From Candidatus Saccharimonadota bacterium (GTDB lineage: Bacteria > Patescibacteriota > Saccharimonadia > Saccharimonadales > JAXHMH01), in NCBI GenBank assembly GCA_034521515.1, contig JAXHMH010000002.1:152379-216378 (forward strand): DNA of 64,000 nt, written 5' to 3'. Of the stretch, positions 1-10,637 are shown one piece after another (position 1 is the stretch's first letter; every line of letters starts with the position of its first letter). Under the pieces are notes generated by a model. It ran no database searches. It was not told the DNA's origin and saw only the letters and a list, made by a program, of their open reading frames with translations. The translations under genes were made by a program, and so were the position numbers.

Positions 1-3000
1 CGTCCGGTTGTCGTGTCGTAGTACATTGAGCCGAGATACGTATCGTTACCGTCATCTACTGGTGGGGTTGATGATCGGTCAAGTGTAAACAGGGTGACTG
101 AACCACCGGTGATACCGCCACCAATTTGGACATGGGATGGGGTTGTGGTGCTATCATTGCGCTGGAAGCTGAGGTTATCAATCCAGAAAGTACGCGCTGT
201 GGCATCTGTCTGGCGGATGATGAGGTCTGGGTTGGTTGCTGTAGTGCCGTCGGTAGTAATCGTGCAGGTAACCTTGGTCCAATCAGATGTCACGATAGTT
301 TGTGTGCTGTACGTATCACAAGCAACTGTGTTGCTACCGCCATCTCGTGAATACAAGACTTCGAGTGTATTGAATGTGCCAGAGTCTAGCCGCGCCGTGA
401 ACGATACCTGGTATGTGGTATTGACCACTGGGTTGCCAGATAGGTTGTTGCGGACGCCATGGTTGGCACTAGCCCCGGTTGTAACCTCGACACCTGCCTG
501 GCCTGTGACGTATTCGTCTGTTGTGGTTGTACGGCTAATTGTGCCTCCAGCTGGTGCGGCGGTCCAGTTTGTACTGAATGTACCGGCGGTTTCTGCGCCA
601 CCGTTGGCGGCCAGCTCTATACCGTAGTTATTTACACTAAATAGGTTGGTGCCGATTGATGTCTGGACCTCGAGAACGCCGCCCTCAATTGGGTTATCTG
701 GGTTGTTCCTGATTGTCAGACCATCGGCGCTGCCACCGACTCCGTTAAGCACAAGCTCTGCGCCACCTGCGCTGGTGAGGGTGTTATCATAGGCAGCTTG
801 TAGGGTTGTTGAGCTTGATGCTCCGGCCGCCGTCCAGTCAGAACCGTTCCAAATCATGGTGGCGGTTGTATTAGCACGCATGCCGATCTCATCGCCCACA
901 CCACCGCCATTTACGATCAAAGTAAAGTCATTGGAGCCGTTAGCTGCAGTAACATACACGACACGTCCGGCGGTTGTATTAGTTGGGTCGGGCAAGTCAA
1001 CATCCAGACCAGAAGCCGTGGCATCTACAACCACTACTCCGGTGCCGTCAACATTGGCTTGGGTAATTGTACAGTTGCTTGCGCAGTTTTGTGTGGCCGA
1101 AGTAGTGAAGCTCGGTGTACTAATCACGACTAGACCTTTGGCTCCCGTGCCAACTCCATCACCGCCACTCAGCAAGATATCACCGCCATTGGCATTACCT
1201 GTACCGGCTGCGTTACCGCCCTGCAACACCAGGTCGCCGCCACCGAACGCACTACCACCCGATCCAGCCGCACCGGCACTAACTGTTAGGTCATTGCCTA
1301 TTGTATTTGTGGTACGAGTTTCAACACTGATAGCTCGACCAGACCCTTCAGCTAATACAATGTTGCCGCCTGTATATGTATTGCCGTTAACAGCAAGTTT
1401 GTAAGTACCCGGTGACGAATAACCGATTGCAACGTTGCCGCTTGTGTCTATCAAGAATCTTTGGGCAACGCCAGATTGTGTCAAAGAGAACCTGTCGCTT
1501 GAGTCATTTTCAATATGCCAGTTTGTTGAGCCTTCTCGCCCAAGCATGAGAAGCGCCGCTCCAGTTGCGTCTGAATCAAGTAACAGACCAGCGTTGCCAG
1601 AATCATTACGTATGTGAAGTCCGGTACCGCCAAATGGCTGAAGAGGACTAGAAGTGCCAATACCTAACCTGCCATCATCCCGTACAAATAGAAGTGGGTC
1701 ACCGTCAGAGTTATCAGCTCTAAGTGACTGTGTTGCTGATGTGTTACCCGAGCTTCTAACATAAAGCTGTGCATCCGTAACGTAACCACCGCCAATTGAT
1801 ACGTTGCCATTTTGCTCAATAACCATCCGTGTCGCAAGTGACGTCGTACCTGAAGCAGTTGTATAGAAACGGATTCTTGAACCTTGTGCAGTATCTGACC
1901 AAGCTTCCGTTGCCTGCAACACCATGGCAGCCCGCGTGCCCGAGAAGCCCGTACCGTCATAACCTCGTCCGCTAAACTGAGCAAACGTGTCGTTTGCTTG
2001 TAAGGCTGTCGGGCTACCGATCGTTCCACCTGCTCGTCGACCTTGTATAAGCGGAATACCCCCGTACGCATCGTTAGATATATAGTTAGACCCTTCGCCT
2101 ACAACATGTAGGCTAAACTCTGGACTATCCGTACCTATACCAATGCGGCTGTTGGTGGTGTCGGCAGTAAATAGATTAGATGTGCCGGCGCTATCCTGGA
2201 TCTGGAAAGCGGTGGTAGAGTCGGTGGTGTTTTGGAAGAGTTGATCGTTGCCGGTGAAGGTTTGGTTGTTGCGGTCAAGTAGCGCCACGTTGCTAGTGAG
2301 GCGGGCATCTGCCAGGGTGCCGGTAGTGATATTGGTAGCGTTGAGGTCGGTGAGGAGTGAGCCGTCGCCGCTGAAGGATCCAGCGACGATGGTGCCAGAG
2401 ATATTAATGTTGCCGGTTTGTTGTGTGCCTGGTGTTGCACCTTGCAGAGCAACACAGTCCGTACAGCTGTTAGCTTGAGTAGCATCAACCCAGGTTGGGA
2501 GAGCACTCGCACCATTAGACTGGAGGACTTGACCGGTTGTACCGGTACCGGCGTTCTGGAAGGCACCGGTACTGGTTGTGCCGCCAGTTAGTAAGCCGTA
2601 GGCGGTGGTGGTGGCGATACCGGTGCCACCACGTTCTACGGTAAGTGTACCGGCAGTGAAGAAATTACCGGCATCAGCGTGAGAGACGTTTTGGAGGACA
2701 CCGGTACTAGTAATGCGGGTAGTGCCGCCAGTCATTAGGCTGCCAGATGTATTAATGTCGCCGCCTTGGACGTCCAAACGTTCGCCTGGACTGTCCGTGC
2801 CTATACCAATCCGTTCATTAGTAGTATCAACATTGAAGATTGGCGTGCCGCCATCCTGGTCAAGAATTTGGAAGCCAGTGGTCGAATCAGTGGTGTTTTG
2901 GAAGAGAGCTGAACCGGTGCTCAAATCACCGCGCAGAACATTACCAATGTTAAGTTCGTTATTAACTCCAACTGCGGAGGCATCAAGATCGTAACCGATA

Positions 3001-4616
3001 ATTATATTGTTGCTTCCGGTAGTAATGTTGTCTCCGGCCTGGTAACCAAACAGTATGTTGTTACTGCCCGTTACCAAGTTGCCGGCATTGTACCCAACGG
3101 CCGTGTTGCCGCTGTTCACAGAAACAGACGCGAGCGCCCCAGAACCCAGCGTCGTATTCGCTGTCCCCGTCGAGACAGCGCCCAGAGCGCTCGCGCCTAT
3201 TCCTGTGTTATTTGCACCTGAAGCGGTCGACCCACCAGCTCCATTACCGAAGAACAAACTACTTGTTGTCGCGTTAATACGCGCCAGTTCTGACCCAGAA
3301 GAATCCTGGAGCAGAACAAGCGGATTACTCATCGACTGCGTGCTGTGAGCACGGACAAGCAGCTGAGTCTGATCGGCACCGCCGACCACACTCAGACGCG
3401 CGTCTATATTCGCTGTTGATCCAACCTGCACTCTATTGTTTACTGCATCAACAAATAATGTATCGGTGTCAAATGCAACATTGCCATTACTGGCAATTTC
3501 TACACGTGTAATACCATTGGTTATCAAGTTTAAGGGGTGTGTATCATTGCTACCAATGACCATATCGGTACCAAACGTGTTGCCACCCTGTAGTACATTG
3601 CCTGCGGTATTAAACGATATAGTCTGCGACCAGCTGCTACCGTTCCAAATGAACGAACTACTACTACCCACAGAAACGGGGTTGCCATACATAGTAAATT
3701 CTGCACTGCCAACGTTGTTAACATATATAATCCGCCCGGAAGTAGTGTCGGTAGGTGTTGGCAATGTTAACGATTGGCTGGCAGTTGTCTGATTTACGTT
3801 AAACGTAGTCGCGACGTCAACGGTTGTTGCAGCGGATCCAATATTACCACCTGTGGCCCGATCGCTAATTGATATAGCGGTCAATAAAGTACTCGATGCA
3901 TTAGTAAAGGTACCGCCGGCACTAACGGTTAATCCTCCGTCAAATGTCCCCGAACCCTCAACGGTGAGATTACCGGTCTTAGACAATGTAAGTACATTTG
4001 ATCCATCGCCCTGAAGTTGTAATAAATTACCCGCACCGGTTTGATTTATGCGTAGTGCGGTGTTAGCAGAGTTAACTGCCTGTATTAAGCTCGGCGCCAG
4101 TTGTGCAAATTCATCAGCTGTCCGACCTTCAAGCCTGCCAGAGTCGAATGCATAAGGTACGGCGGTTAGTTTGATGCGCGGCGTCATCTCGCCGTCGCTT
4201 TCGACGTTCATGGTCAGCCACTTTTCTTCGCTCCAATCAATCGAACTACCAAAGCTAGTGACCGAACCAAGATTGGTGCTGAAGTAACCGTTACGGACTG
4301 TGACGCTTTGAGTTTCATTCCATATAGAGGTGCCAGTAGTAGCATCTTCGTATAAGTTAAATGCTATAGAGTAGCTACCATCAGAAACGACGTTACCGGA
4401 GTTATTGTATAAACGAGCTTGAAAATTCAGGGTATCAGAAAGCGCCGCATCAACCGTACTGGTGGCGGGCATGACAAGAAGCCCTGTTCCGAGGAGTGGA
4501 AGCAAGAGCATAAACACAGCAATAAATACGCTAATAAAGCTTAGCGGTATATGCCGAATGATTGTACAGAAACGCGAAAAAGCGTACCTGCCGACGCTGG
4601 GAATTGTCTTTGGCAT
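1..4616 (-). CDS. Giant secreted fibre-like surface protein, paralogue A (C-terminal part lies beyond the left window edge; >1538 codons visible)
   Basis: Absent from the supplied ORF track because it has no in-window stop. Manual reverse-complement translation from ATG 4616-4614 stays open to position 1. It begins MPKTIPSVGRYAFSRFCTIIRHIPLSFISVFIAVFMLLLPLLGTGLLVMPATS (N-terminal TM/signal anchor). Next comes LNFQARLYNNSGNVVSDGSYSIAFNLY..VTVRNGYFSTNLGSVT..EMTPRIKLTAVPYA, the same module that opens the genes at 10638-19385 and 51881-54343. Fibre motifs recur (TTAFQIQDSAGTSNLFTADTTNSRIGIGT; GTLADARLTSNVAL). A CBM4/9-like beta-sandwich (..TTYQVSFTARLDSGTFNTLEVLYSRDGG..WTKVTCTITT..FWIDNLSFQ) lies at about 100-620. 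The listed minus ORFs 386-601, 1664-2071, 2135-2566 and 3530-3724 are in a different frame. Confidence 0.85.
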   Translation of the reverse strand, partial: MPKTIPSVGRYAFSRFCTIIRHIPLSFISVFIAVFMLLLPLLGTGLLVMPATSTVDAALSDTLNFQARLYNNSGNVVSDGSYSIAFNLYEDATTGTSIWNETQSVTVRNGYFSTNLGSVTSFGSSIDWSEEKWLTMNVESDGEMTPRIKLTAVPYAFDSGRLEGRTADEFAQLAPSLIQAVNSANTALRINQTGAGNLLQLQGDGSNVLTLSKTGNLTVEGSGTFDGGLTVSAGGTFTNASSTLLTAISISDRATGGNIGSAATTVDVATTFNVNQTTASQSLTLPTPTDTTSGRIIYVNNVGSAEFTMYGNPVSVGSSSSFIWNGSSWSQTISFNTAGNVLQGGNTFGTDMVIGSNDTHPLNLITNGITRVEIASNGNVAFDTDTLFVDAVNNRVQVGSTANIDARLSVVGGADQTQLLVRAHSTQSMSNPLVLLQDSSGSELARINATTSSLFFGNGAGGSTASGANNTGIGASALGAVSTGTANTTLGSGALASVSVNSGNTAVGYNAGNLVTGSNNILFGYQAGDNITTGSNNIIIGYDLDASAVGVNNELNIGNVLRGDLSTGSALFQNTTDSTTGFQILDQDGGTPIFNVDTTNERIGIGTDSPGERLDVQGGDINTSGSLMTGGTTRITSTGVLQNVSHADAGNFFTAGTLTVERGGTGIATTTAYGLLTGGTTSTGAFQNAGTGTTGQVLQSNGASALPTWVDATQANSCTDCVALQGATPGTQQTGNINISGTIVAGSFSGDGSLLTDLNATNITTGTLADARLTSNVALLDRNNQTFTGNDQLFQNTTDSTTAFQIQDSAGTSNLFTADTTNSRIGIGTDSPEFSLHVVGEGSNYISNDAYGGIPLIQGRRAGGTIGSPTALQANDTFAQFSGRGYDGTGFSGTRAAMVLQATEAWSDTAQGSRIRFYTTASGTTSLATRMVIEQNGNVSIGGGYVTDAQLYVRSSGNTSATQSLRADNSDGDPLLFVRDDGRLGIGTSSPLQPFGGTGLHIRNDSGNAGLLLDSDATGAALLMLGREGSTNWHIENDSSDRFSLTQSGVAQRFLIDTSGNVAIGYSSPGTYKLAVNGNTYTGGNIVLAEGSGRAISVETRTTNTIGNDLTVSAGAAGSGGSAFGGGDLVLQGGNAAGTGNANGGDILLSGGDGVGTGAKGLVVISTPSFTTSATQNCASNCTITQANVDGTGVVVVDATASGLDVDLPDPTNTTAGRVVYVTAANGSNDFTLIVNGGGVGDEIGMRANTTATMIWNGSDWTAAGASSSTTLQAAYDNTLTSAGGAELVLNGVGGSADGLTIRNNPDNPIEGGVLEVQTSIGTNLFSVNNYGIELAANGGAETAGTFSTNWTAAPAGGTISRTTTTDEYVTGQAGVEVTTGASANHGVRNNLSGNPVVNTTYQVSFTARLDSGTFNTLEVLYSRDGGSNTVACDTYSTQTIVTSDWTKVTCTITTDGTTATNPDLIIRQTDATARTFWIDNLSFQRNDSTTTPSHVQIGGGITGGSVTLFTLDRSSTPPVDDGNDTYLGSMYYDTTTG

Positions 4617-4665
4617 TGTTTGCTTTTTGTTTGGTTTGAATTGTTTGTGTTGATTTTCGTTTTGG
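4617..4665 (-). promoter_or_regulatory. CA-rich 5' leader without a Shine-Dalgarno motif, directly upstream of the gene A start
   Basis: The minus strand reads ..ACACAAACAATTCAAACCAAACAAAAAGCAAACA-ATG. Equivalent CA-rich tracts precede ATG 19385 (..TAGATCAAAAACAAAACAAAAACAA-ATG) and ATG 54343 (..CCAAAACAAACCAAAAAACAAAAACAA-ATG). None has a GGAGG-like motif. Confidence 0.4.
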
Positions 4666-4977
4666 TGCCTTTACGACGAGGCATGTTTTGTTTTGAAAAT
4701 CATTTTTGTGTTCCAGCCCGGGTTACGAATCCGCGCTTTTTGGATCACGCCTTCAGTATCACCGAGCATCGGTATTGATACAACCCCTTTTCTATAAAAA
4801 ATTTGCTCATTTTTTAAGGCAATGTTTTGCAATATTTTGCAGCAATTTTTGTTGTGTTAATTATTACAGTTTTTTATACGGCCTGTGTTCTTAACACCTA
4901 CAACCTATTGTATTAACTATTACATCCAAAATAATACTGTTGTGTAAATCACAAATTTCTAAAATTTGCCCCAAAAG

Positions 4978-4986
4978 TTATCCACA
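4978..4986 (+). promoter_or_regulatory. TTATCCACA motif (perfect DnaA-box consensus 9-mer), copy 1, about 360 nt upstream of the gene A start
   Basis: aaaGTTATCCACAGcc read directly. It has the same orientation and a similar distal-upstream position as the copies at 19712-19720 and 54630-54638. Confidence 0.5.
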
Positions 4987-5066
4987 GCCATTTTTAAAAA
5001 TGTCTCAACCATTCTCGCATCTCTTACATTTTTTAAACAAAGTGCCCATAAAGCATTCGCTTGTCC

Positions 5067-8000
5067 TTAAAGTGCATAGTTTCCTGTGTATGTGTTGCGA
5101 TCATCTGTAATGCTTTCTTGCGTTCTTGTATCTAGCAAACTCCAATCTGTTCCATTATCGCTGCCGTAGATGTTCCACGTTATCGGATCTCTGTCTGGTA
5201 CATCATTTGCGGTTGCCCATCTATACCCATCAAAGGTTAACGTACTACCGGCTCCAGCATCGATATCAAGAATTGAGTTGCCTTCAGTTGAAGTGTCGTC
5301 ATTACTGAAGTTAAAGTCGAGCCATTTGGTGCCTGTGTTGCCGTCAATCGCATATTCGGGACCCTCGCTAGCTGGATTGCTGCCCCCCGGGTTTGTAGCA
5401 ATGGTTCCGCCTGGCCATATAACCGGACTACCATTTAATAACAACTCAAATTCCGATGCTTGAATTGCGATATCTGGCCCCTTGCGTTCTGTAATTTCCC
5501 AACGAACATAACGGTAGTTCTCGGTCGAAACCGGACTACAGCTACCGCCACCTGAGCCGCCTCCCTCGGGGGTTGTATCAAGCGGTTGTTTTACATTGTT
5601 TTGAAAGTGATTACCTAGACGCATACGGATGTCTGGACTGGGGTGACCCGACGAATATGTCAGGTTAATACTATTTAAAACACTTCCGCCATTATCTGGA
5701 AAAGTAGCGTTATAAGAATCATTAACAGAAACATGCGCCCAGGCGTATCGAGCACCCGCGTTTACCTCGTGTTCAACGCCGGACTGGATGTTGGCAATGC
5801 TCGTACTCGTGCCAAACTCAGCGGAACAAGCCACTTTATAATCCAGTCTGTAGTCAGCTAAGCCACTGCTGTCGATACTTATCCCCGTTAGATTGCGCGC
5901 CGAACCAAGGTCAATTAACTTAGAGTAGCTGGCCTCTCGCGGAACCGATTCAGTTCCAGCAAGATAGACATCATCTAGTTCATTATCACCACCATCACGC
6001 CCCCCTAGTACATATATCTTCCCTTGATCAGACGCTGGCGTGAGATATGCCCTGACTGATGGCAAATCAGTAGATTTACTCCATGCCCCAACACTGCCAT
6101 CCGCATGTATAGGCGCTCTATGAACATCATCAATCAAGCTAGAGCCATTCCCCTCTTGACCACCAATAACATACAGATTGCCGTTCACAGCCACAGACGC
6201 ATGCGCATTCCGAGCAATTGGAAAGCTTGTGGTGGTCTCCCAACTCCCTAGACTGCCAGCTTGGTTTATTGGTGCATATATAACCTCGTTAGTGCTATCA
6301 CTACCGTCCCAGCCACCAGTTATATAAACATGATCGTTGTATATGACTGCTTGGTGATTCCGTTGCGGAGCAGCAAAAGTATCACCTGTAGCCGTCCAGC
6401 TACCGAGTGATCCGTCGCCGTTGATCGGCGCACGATAAACGGTATCAAGATAAGTTGAATTATACCCGCCAAACACATACATATACCCATTGTGAGCAGC
6501 CACGGGCATCCTTTCTCTTGCAGAAGGTAAACTTGTAGTAGTACTCCAACTACCGAGTGACCCATCTGGACTAATCGGCGCGTACTGTACGTCGTCTAGA
6601 AAGGTACTACCCGACCAGCCCCCCGTTACATATAGGTACCCATTATAAACCGTAGAAGCATGTGAGTGACGTGTGTTGCTAAAACTAGTTGTTGTTTCCC
6701 ATTTACCAATGTTGCCGTTTTCATCAATTGGAGCAAACTTAACGTCATTCAATAAAGTATCAAAACCTCCGGCACCGCCCCTGGCTCCACCCGCAACATA
6801 TATATAACCATCATGAACGGTGGTCGTATGCAACCACCTCTCATCCATGGAGCTGCCAACGGCATGCATCTGTTGTATCTCATCCTCAGCTAATGCCCTG
6901 TTATATATACGGACATCGTCAACAGAGCCGGTCATAAAATCGTTTGAGCAATTAGGGCCATTACCCCCGAATCTGACCACTCCGTCTTCAACAGTACGCA
7001 GGGTGTATCCATCAGTCGTTACGGTTCCTGCAATCTCTCCATTTACAAACAAGGTTATCGTTTCTTCTGACTTATTGTAACTTGCTGCCAAATGATACCA
7101 CTGGTTCGTATCTAAAGTTGCACCAACTGCTCTTATGCCATCCGGGGAAGAATGACGGTACTGAAGATAATTAGTACTTCCGGGAGTTGTTCCTATAAAC
7201 TCCCAATTCCCGTTAGTGTATGGGTAACCAGCGGTTTTACTTACAATAGAAACCCGGTCATCTCCACAATTACTAGCCAAATTCTCAAAACTTTCAAGAT
7301 TCGCCCATACTGAAATCGTATAATCAGTTGTAAAATCTAATTCTGTGTTATTTAAGTCGTTTGTATAAATGTACTGATCCGTACCATCAAAGTAGTACGC
7401 GCTATTCGAGTTTCCGTAACGATCGGCCGTCAATGACGCACCGTTCACGACGGTACCGTGATTGTTATTAGCGGTACTGTCGTTGGCGTTGCCGTTCATC
7501 TCCCAATGCCCCTCAATTGACTGCTCAAGATTTTCTGCGTCAGCATTATTTTGCCACGCATTAATCGCACCCGAGCCACCATTGTTTATCTTTGCAGCCT
7601 GCACATCGTTATAACTTGTTGAGCCATTCCATCCACCCGCTATATACAAACGCTCTCCGTACAGCTCCATAGTGTGACCTTCTCTAGGGTTACTGAAACT
7701 ACTTGTTTCTTCCCATGACTCGATTGAGCCGTCTGGATTTATAGCAACGAGCTCTGTGGTGTCTAATTGAGTTCCGTCGTTTCCTCCGGCTGTGTACAAA
7801 AATCCTTTATACGCTACAACACCTGGGTCAAAACGCGCAGAACTTAAATTCGTACCTGATGTCCAGTTGTTAGTAATATCACCGTTGCTATCTATAGATG
7901 CGTATTGAACATCATCTAGGTTGGTTGCTCCATCATAGCCACCGATGATGTACATAGTTCCATTATAAATAAGTGATGCGTGCTGACGACGATCTGTAGC

Positions 8001-10634
8001 AAAGCCACTGGAGACTGTCGACCACGAGCCGATAGTGCCATCATTGTTTATTGATGCATATTCGACGTTGAAATAGTTATTTGATGAAGTCATACCCCCA
8101 GTGACATACATAAAACCTTGGTAAGCGTGCATATTATGGAAAGCTCTTGCCCCATTAAGACCTGTAGTCAGCGACCACGAGCCTATAGTGCCATCATTGT
8201 TTATTGACGAGTAATAAACGTTATTAGTATATCCCCCAACAAGTCCCCCTGATATGTACATGTACCCGTTGTATGCAACGGCTGCGTGCCAATTTTGTGA
8301 GACCGGTAAAGATGCGCTATTCCAACTACCGAAAGTTCCGTCTTCTCCAATCGTAGCCCACCGTATTGTATTGGAGCCGTTTGCGCCGCCCATTATATAA
8401 AGATTGTTGTCGTGCACCACACTAGTATGCCCAAAGCGTGCGTCTGTGAATGTACCTACATTTTGATAGCTCTCTATAACCCCAGCGGGGTTTATTTTGG
8501 TGTATTGTACATCATTAAATGCCGGTACGGTTCCGCCACCTGTAGAACCGCCGCCAACTATGTATATATTCCCGTTATCTACAACACTCGTATGCCCACC
8601 ACGAGCAGTCGTAAAGGAAGAACTATCATCTATCCACTCTCCAAGTGATCCGTCGCTTTTAATCTGCGCGTACTCCGTGCTATCAAGGTTTGAGTTTCCT
8701 CCCGTAACGTATAGATATCCGCCATCGGCAGCCATACTATGGAAACTTCTAGCAGTTACTAAACTAGCTGTATCTCTCCAAGCATTAATGGTTCCGTCTT
8801 GATTAATAGAGGCGTACTGAACATTGTTCGTTAACCCACCACTCGTACTACCACCGGCTATATATAAATGATCATTATAAGCGACAGCGGTATGTACATG
8901 GCGCGCATTAGTAAACTTCGCGCCCGCTCCTGCCCAAGCCCCAAGTGTTCCATCAGCCTGAATCTCAGCATATTGCACGTCATTTAGGCGCGTATTGCTT
9001 GCGTTCTGACCTCCTAAAACATATATGTACCCATTGTGAGCAACCGCTTCGTGATAACGACGAGGGGTCGTAAGTGATTCCGTTGCGGACCAGCTGCCAA
9101 GCGTACCATCACCGTTTATTAAAACGTAATACACATCGCCAAACGTGCTACTGCCATCCCAACCACCTAATATATACATATAGCCGTTATATACCACGGC
9201 ACTGAGACCGTTATTTATATTAGGTAAACTTGTGGTTGTAGCCCAAGCACCAAGCGTTCCGTCACCATTAATTGGCGCGTATTCAACGCTGTCAAATCTC
9301 GTAATTGTACCGTTGTCATCATATCCACCAAATACATACATGTAACCGTTGTACACAGCTGAGGCATGTGTCTGACGAGCGGTACCCAAACTCGTTGTAG
9401 AGCTCCAGGCTCCAGTTGAGCCTCCGCTAGGACTACTACGACTTATAGTATCCTGGTCAAAACTAACGCCACCCTCGTTATTACCAGTAGCAAAGTCGTC
9501 ACTGCTGGTAACCACTACACTTGGGTCAATACTTACAGGGTAACTTAGCTTATCTAGGCGGCTGGAGCGAACTGTTAAAGTGCCGTCCTGATACGTAAAG
9601 TGGGCGCGCCCTTCACTTGCTTCACGAACATTACCATCAACGGTCTCAAATATGACTGGACGAGGTATTACGAACGCCAGATGAGTTTTTTCACCGTTAG
9701 TGCGCGCTGCCAATACCTGCTCCTTATCAGCATCCGATCCAAAGCTAACATCACCAAACAGTGCTGGGTCTGCAGAATATACTCCAAGAGAACCATCCTC
9801 TAACAAACGTGCCTCTAGGGCTTCACCAAGATCTAAATCATAATTAAACACCAGCTCATCACCAACTGGTTCGGACAACACTATGTCTTCCTTAACACCG
9901 TTACTTTTGAGTGTATACGCAAGATATGCGTCCCTGTACTCCCGTAATGGAAACACTACGTGCCCATCATCTTGCTTACCAGTATTGGTTTCAAACAAAG
10001 GCGTCATAGTAAAGCCAGTTTCTAACTGTGTGTCATAAAACTTCATACCGCGCTCGCTGTCTCGGGCAATACTTGCCCCATAAAGTGGCAACGAACTTTC
10101 ATTCCCAGCACCAACCTTGCTAATTAGTTGTTCGATCGGGTCACCACTCATTTTATTTAAGGCTTGCTGGTTAAATACATAGGCATCGTCCTTGGAGTCA
10201 TAAGACATTTGTTTACCATAGCCCTTTGTTGGGCTTCCCAATAGAGCGTAAAGGTCATCGGCAAGATTGTAGCTACTCGATCTATCAAATATATAAAACG
10301 CCGGCACAGCTAATGTCGCGAACAACACAACAGCAATCGCTACCGCATTCACGCGTTGCCAGAGCTTCAGGCTTCCGGTCTGTGTTTGCTGACGCTTAAT
10401 CTGTTCTGGGCGTTTCCATCGGCTAACAATACTATAAATTGTATGTTTTACAACAGCAGTATTTTTTACATTTTTAACCCTGTTATATCCAGATCCATAC
10501 AAAGCAGTTTTGCCAAGATTTACACCTCGCCCACCCTTTGCAAGGTTAGACCTTGCAAAGGTGTTGTTAAGACTGCTTTTAAGGTTAGACAGGTAGAGTT
10601 TTCGGATAAGTGTTGTAAATTTATACATCTTCAT
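5067..10634 (-). CDS. Membrane-anchored protein with 18 Kelch repeats, a LamG (concanavalin A-like lectin) domain and a C-terminal discoidin (F5/8 type C) domain, 1855 aa
   Basis: ORF-track protein. TM helix VNAVAIAVVLFATLAVPAFYIF near aa 95-117. Twelve Kelch units of the form H.AV.YNGY.Y..GG....(about 50 aa) at about 9.35-7.55 kb. LamG_3-like block (..NNHGTVVNGASLTADRYGNSNSAYYFDG..VRIYNRALAEDEIQQMH) at about 7.46-6.86 kb. Six more Kelch units at about 6.83-5.96 kb. C-terminal discoidin-like block (YRYVRWEITERKG..ASEFELLLNG..YAIDGNTGTKWLDFNF) at about 5.54-5.07 kb. ATG 10634 lies 3 nt after the stop of the upstream gene. Confidence 0.9.
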   Translation of the reverse strand: MKMYKFTTLIRKLYLSNLKSSLNNTFARSNLAKGGRGVNLGKTALYGSGYNRVKNVKNTAVVKHTIYSIVSRWKRPEQIKRQQTQTGSLKLWQRVNAVAIAVVLFATLAVPAFYIFDRSSSYNLADDLYALLGSPTKGYGKQMSYDSKDDAYVFNQQALNKMSGDPIEQLISKVGAGNESSLPLYGASIARDSERGMKFYDTQLETGFTMTPLFETNTGKQDDGHVVFPLREYRDAYLAYTLKSNGVKEDIVLSEPVGDELVFNYDLDLGEALEARLLEDGSLGVYSADPALFGDVSFGSDADKEQVLAARTNGEKTHLAFVIPRPVIFETVDGNVREASEGRAHFTYQDGTLTVRSSRLDKLSYPVSIDPSVVVTSSDDFATGNNEGGVSFDQDTISRSSPSGGSTGAWSSTTSLGTARQTHASAVYNGYMYVFGGYDDNGTITRFDSVEYAPINGDGTLGAWATTTSLPNINNGLSAVVYNGYMYILGGWDGSSTFGDVYYVLINGDGTLGSWSATESLTTPRRYHEAVAHNGYIYVLGGQNASNTRLNDVQYAEIQADGTLGAWAGAGAKFTNARHVHTAVAYNDHLYIAGGSTSGGLTNNVQYASINQDGTINAWRDTASLVTARSFHSMAADGGYLYVTGGNSNLDSTEYAQIKSDGSLGEWIDDSSSFTTARGGHTSVVDNGNIYIVGGGSTGGGTVPAFNDVQYTKINPAGVIESYQNVGTFTDARFGHTSVVHDNNLYIMGGANGSNTIRWATIGEDGTFGSWNSASLPVSQNWHAAVAYNGYMYISGGLVGGYTNNVYYSSINNDGTIGSWSLTTGLNGARAFHNMHAYQGFMYVTGGMTSSNNYFNVEYASINNDGTIGSWSTVSSGFATDRRQHASLIYNGTMYIIGGYDGATNLDDVQYASIDSNGDITNNWTSGTNLSSARFDPGVVAYKGFLYTAGGNDGTQLDTTELVAINPDGSIESWEETSSFSNPREGHTMELYGERLYIAGGWNGSTSYNDVQAAKINNGGSGAINAWQNNADAENLEQSIEGHWEMNGNANDSTANNNHGTVVNGASLTADRYGNSNSAYYFDGTDQYIYTNDLNNTELDFTTDYTISVWANLESFENLASNCGDDRVSIVSKTAGYPYTNGNWEFIGTTPGSTNYLQYRHSSPDGIRAVGATLDTNQWYHLAASYNKSEETITLFVNGEIAGTVTTDGYTLRTVEDGVVRFGGNGPNCSNDFMTGSVDDVRIYNRALAEDEIQQMHAVGSSMDERWLHTTTVHDGYIYVAGGARGGAGGFDTLLNDVKFAPIDENGNIGKWETTTSFSNTRHSHASTVYNGYLYVTGGWSGSTFLDDVQYAPISPDGSLGSWSTTTSLPSARERMPVAAHNGYMYVFGGYNSTYLDTVYRAPINGDGSLGSWTATGDTFAAPQRNHQAVIYNDHVYITGGWDGSDSTNEVIYAPINQAGSLGSWETTTSFPIARNAHASVAVNGNLYVIGGQEGNGSSLIDDVHRAPIHADGSVGAWSKSTDLPSVRAYLTPASDQGKIYVLGGRDGGDNELDDVYLAGTESVPREASYSKLIDLGSARNLTGISIDSSGLADYRLDYKVACSAEFGTSTSIANIQSGVEHEVNAGARYAWAHVSVNDSYNATFPDNGGSVLNSINLTYSSGHPSPDIRMRLGNHFQNNVKQPLDTTPEGGGSGGGSCSPVSTENYRYVRWEITERKGPDIAIQASEFELLLNGSPVIWPGGTIATNPGGSNPASEGPEYAIDGNTGTKWLDFNFSNDDTSTEGNSILDIDAGAGSTLTFDGYRWATANDVPDRDPITWNIYGSDNGTDWSLLDTRTQESITDDRNTYTGNYAL

Positions 10635-10637
10635 AGC

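Noticed and set aside
4616-4683. Upstream ATG at 4683 opening a Lys/Thr-rich peptide (MPRRKGTKTKINTNNSNQTKSKQ..) that resembles the in-frame N-terminal extension of D (MKSRFLNKKPKQTKKQKQ)
   Set aside because: It is out of frame with gene A and hits a stop after 47 codons. The resemblance is explained by translating the same CA-rich leader, so a programmed frameshift is not supported by anything else I can see.
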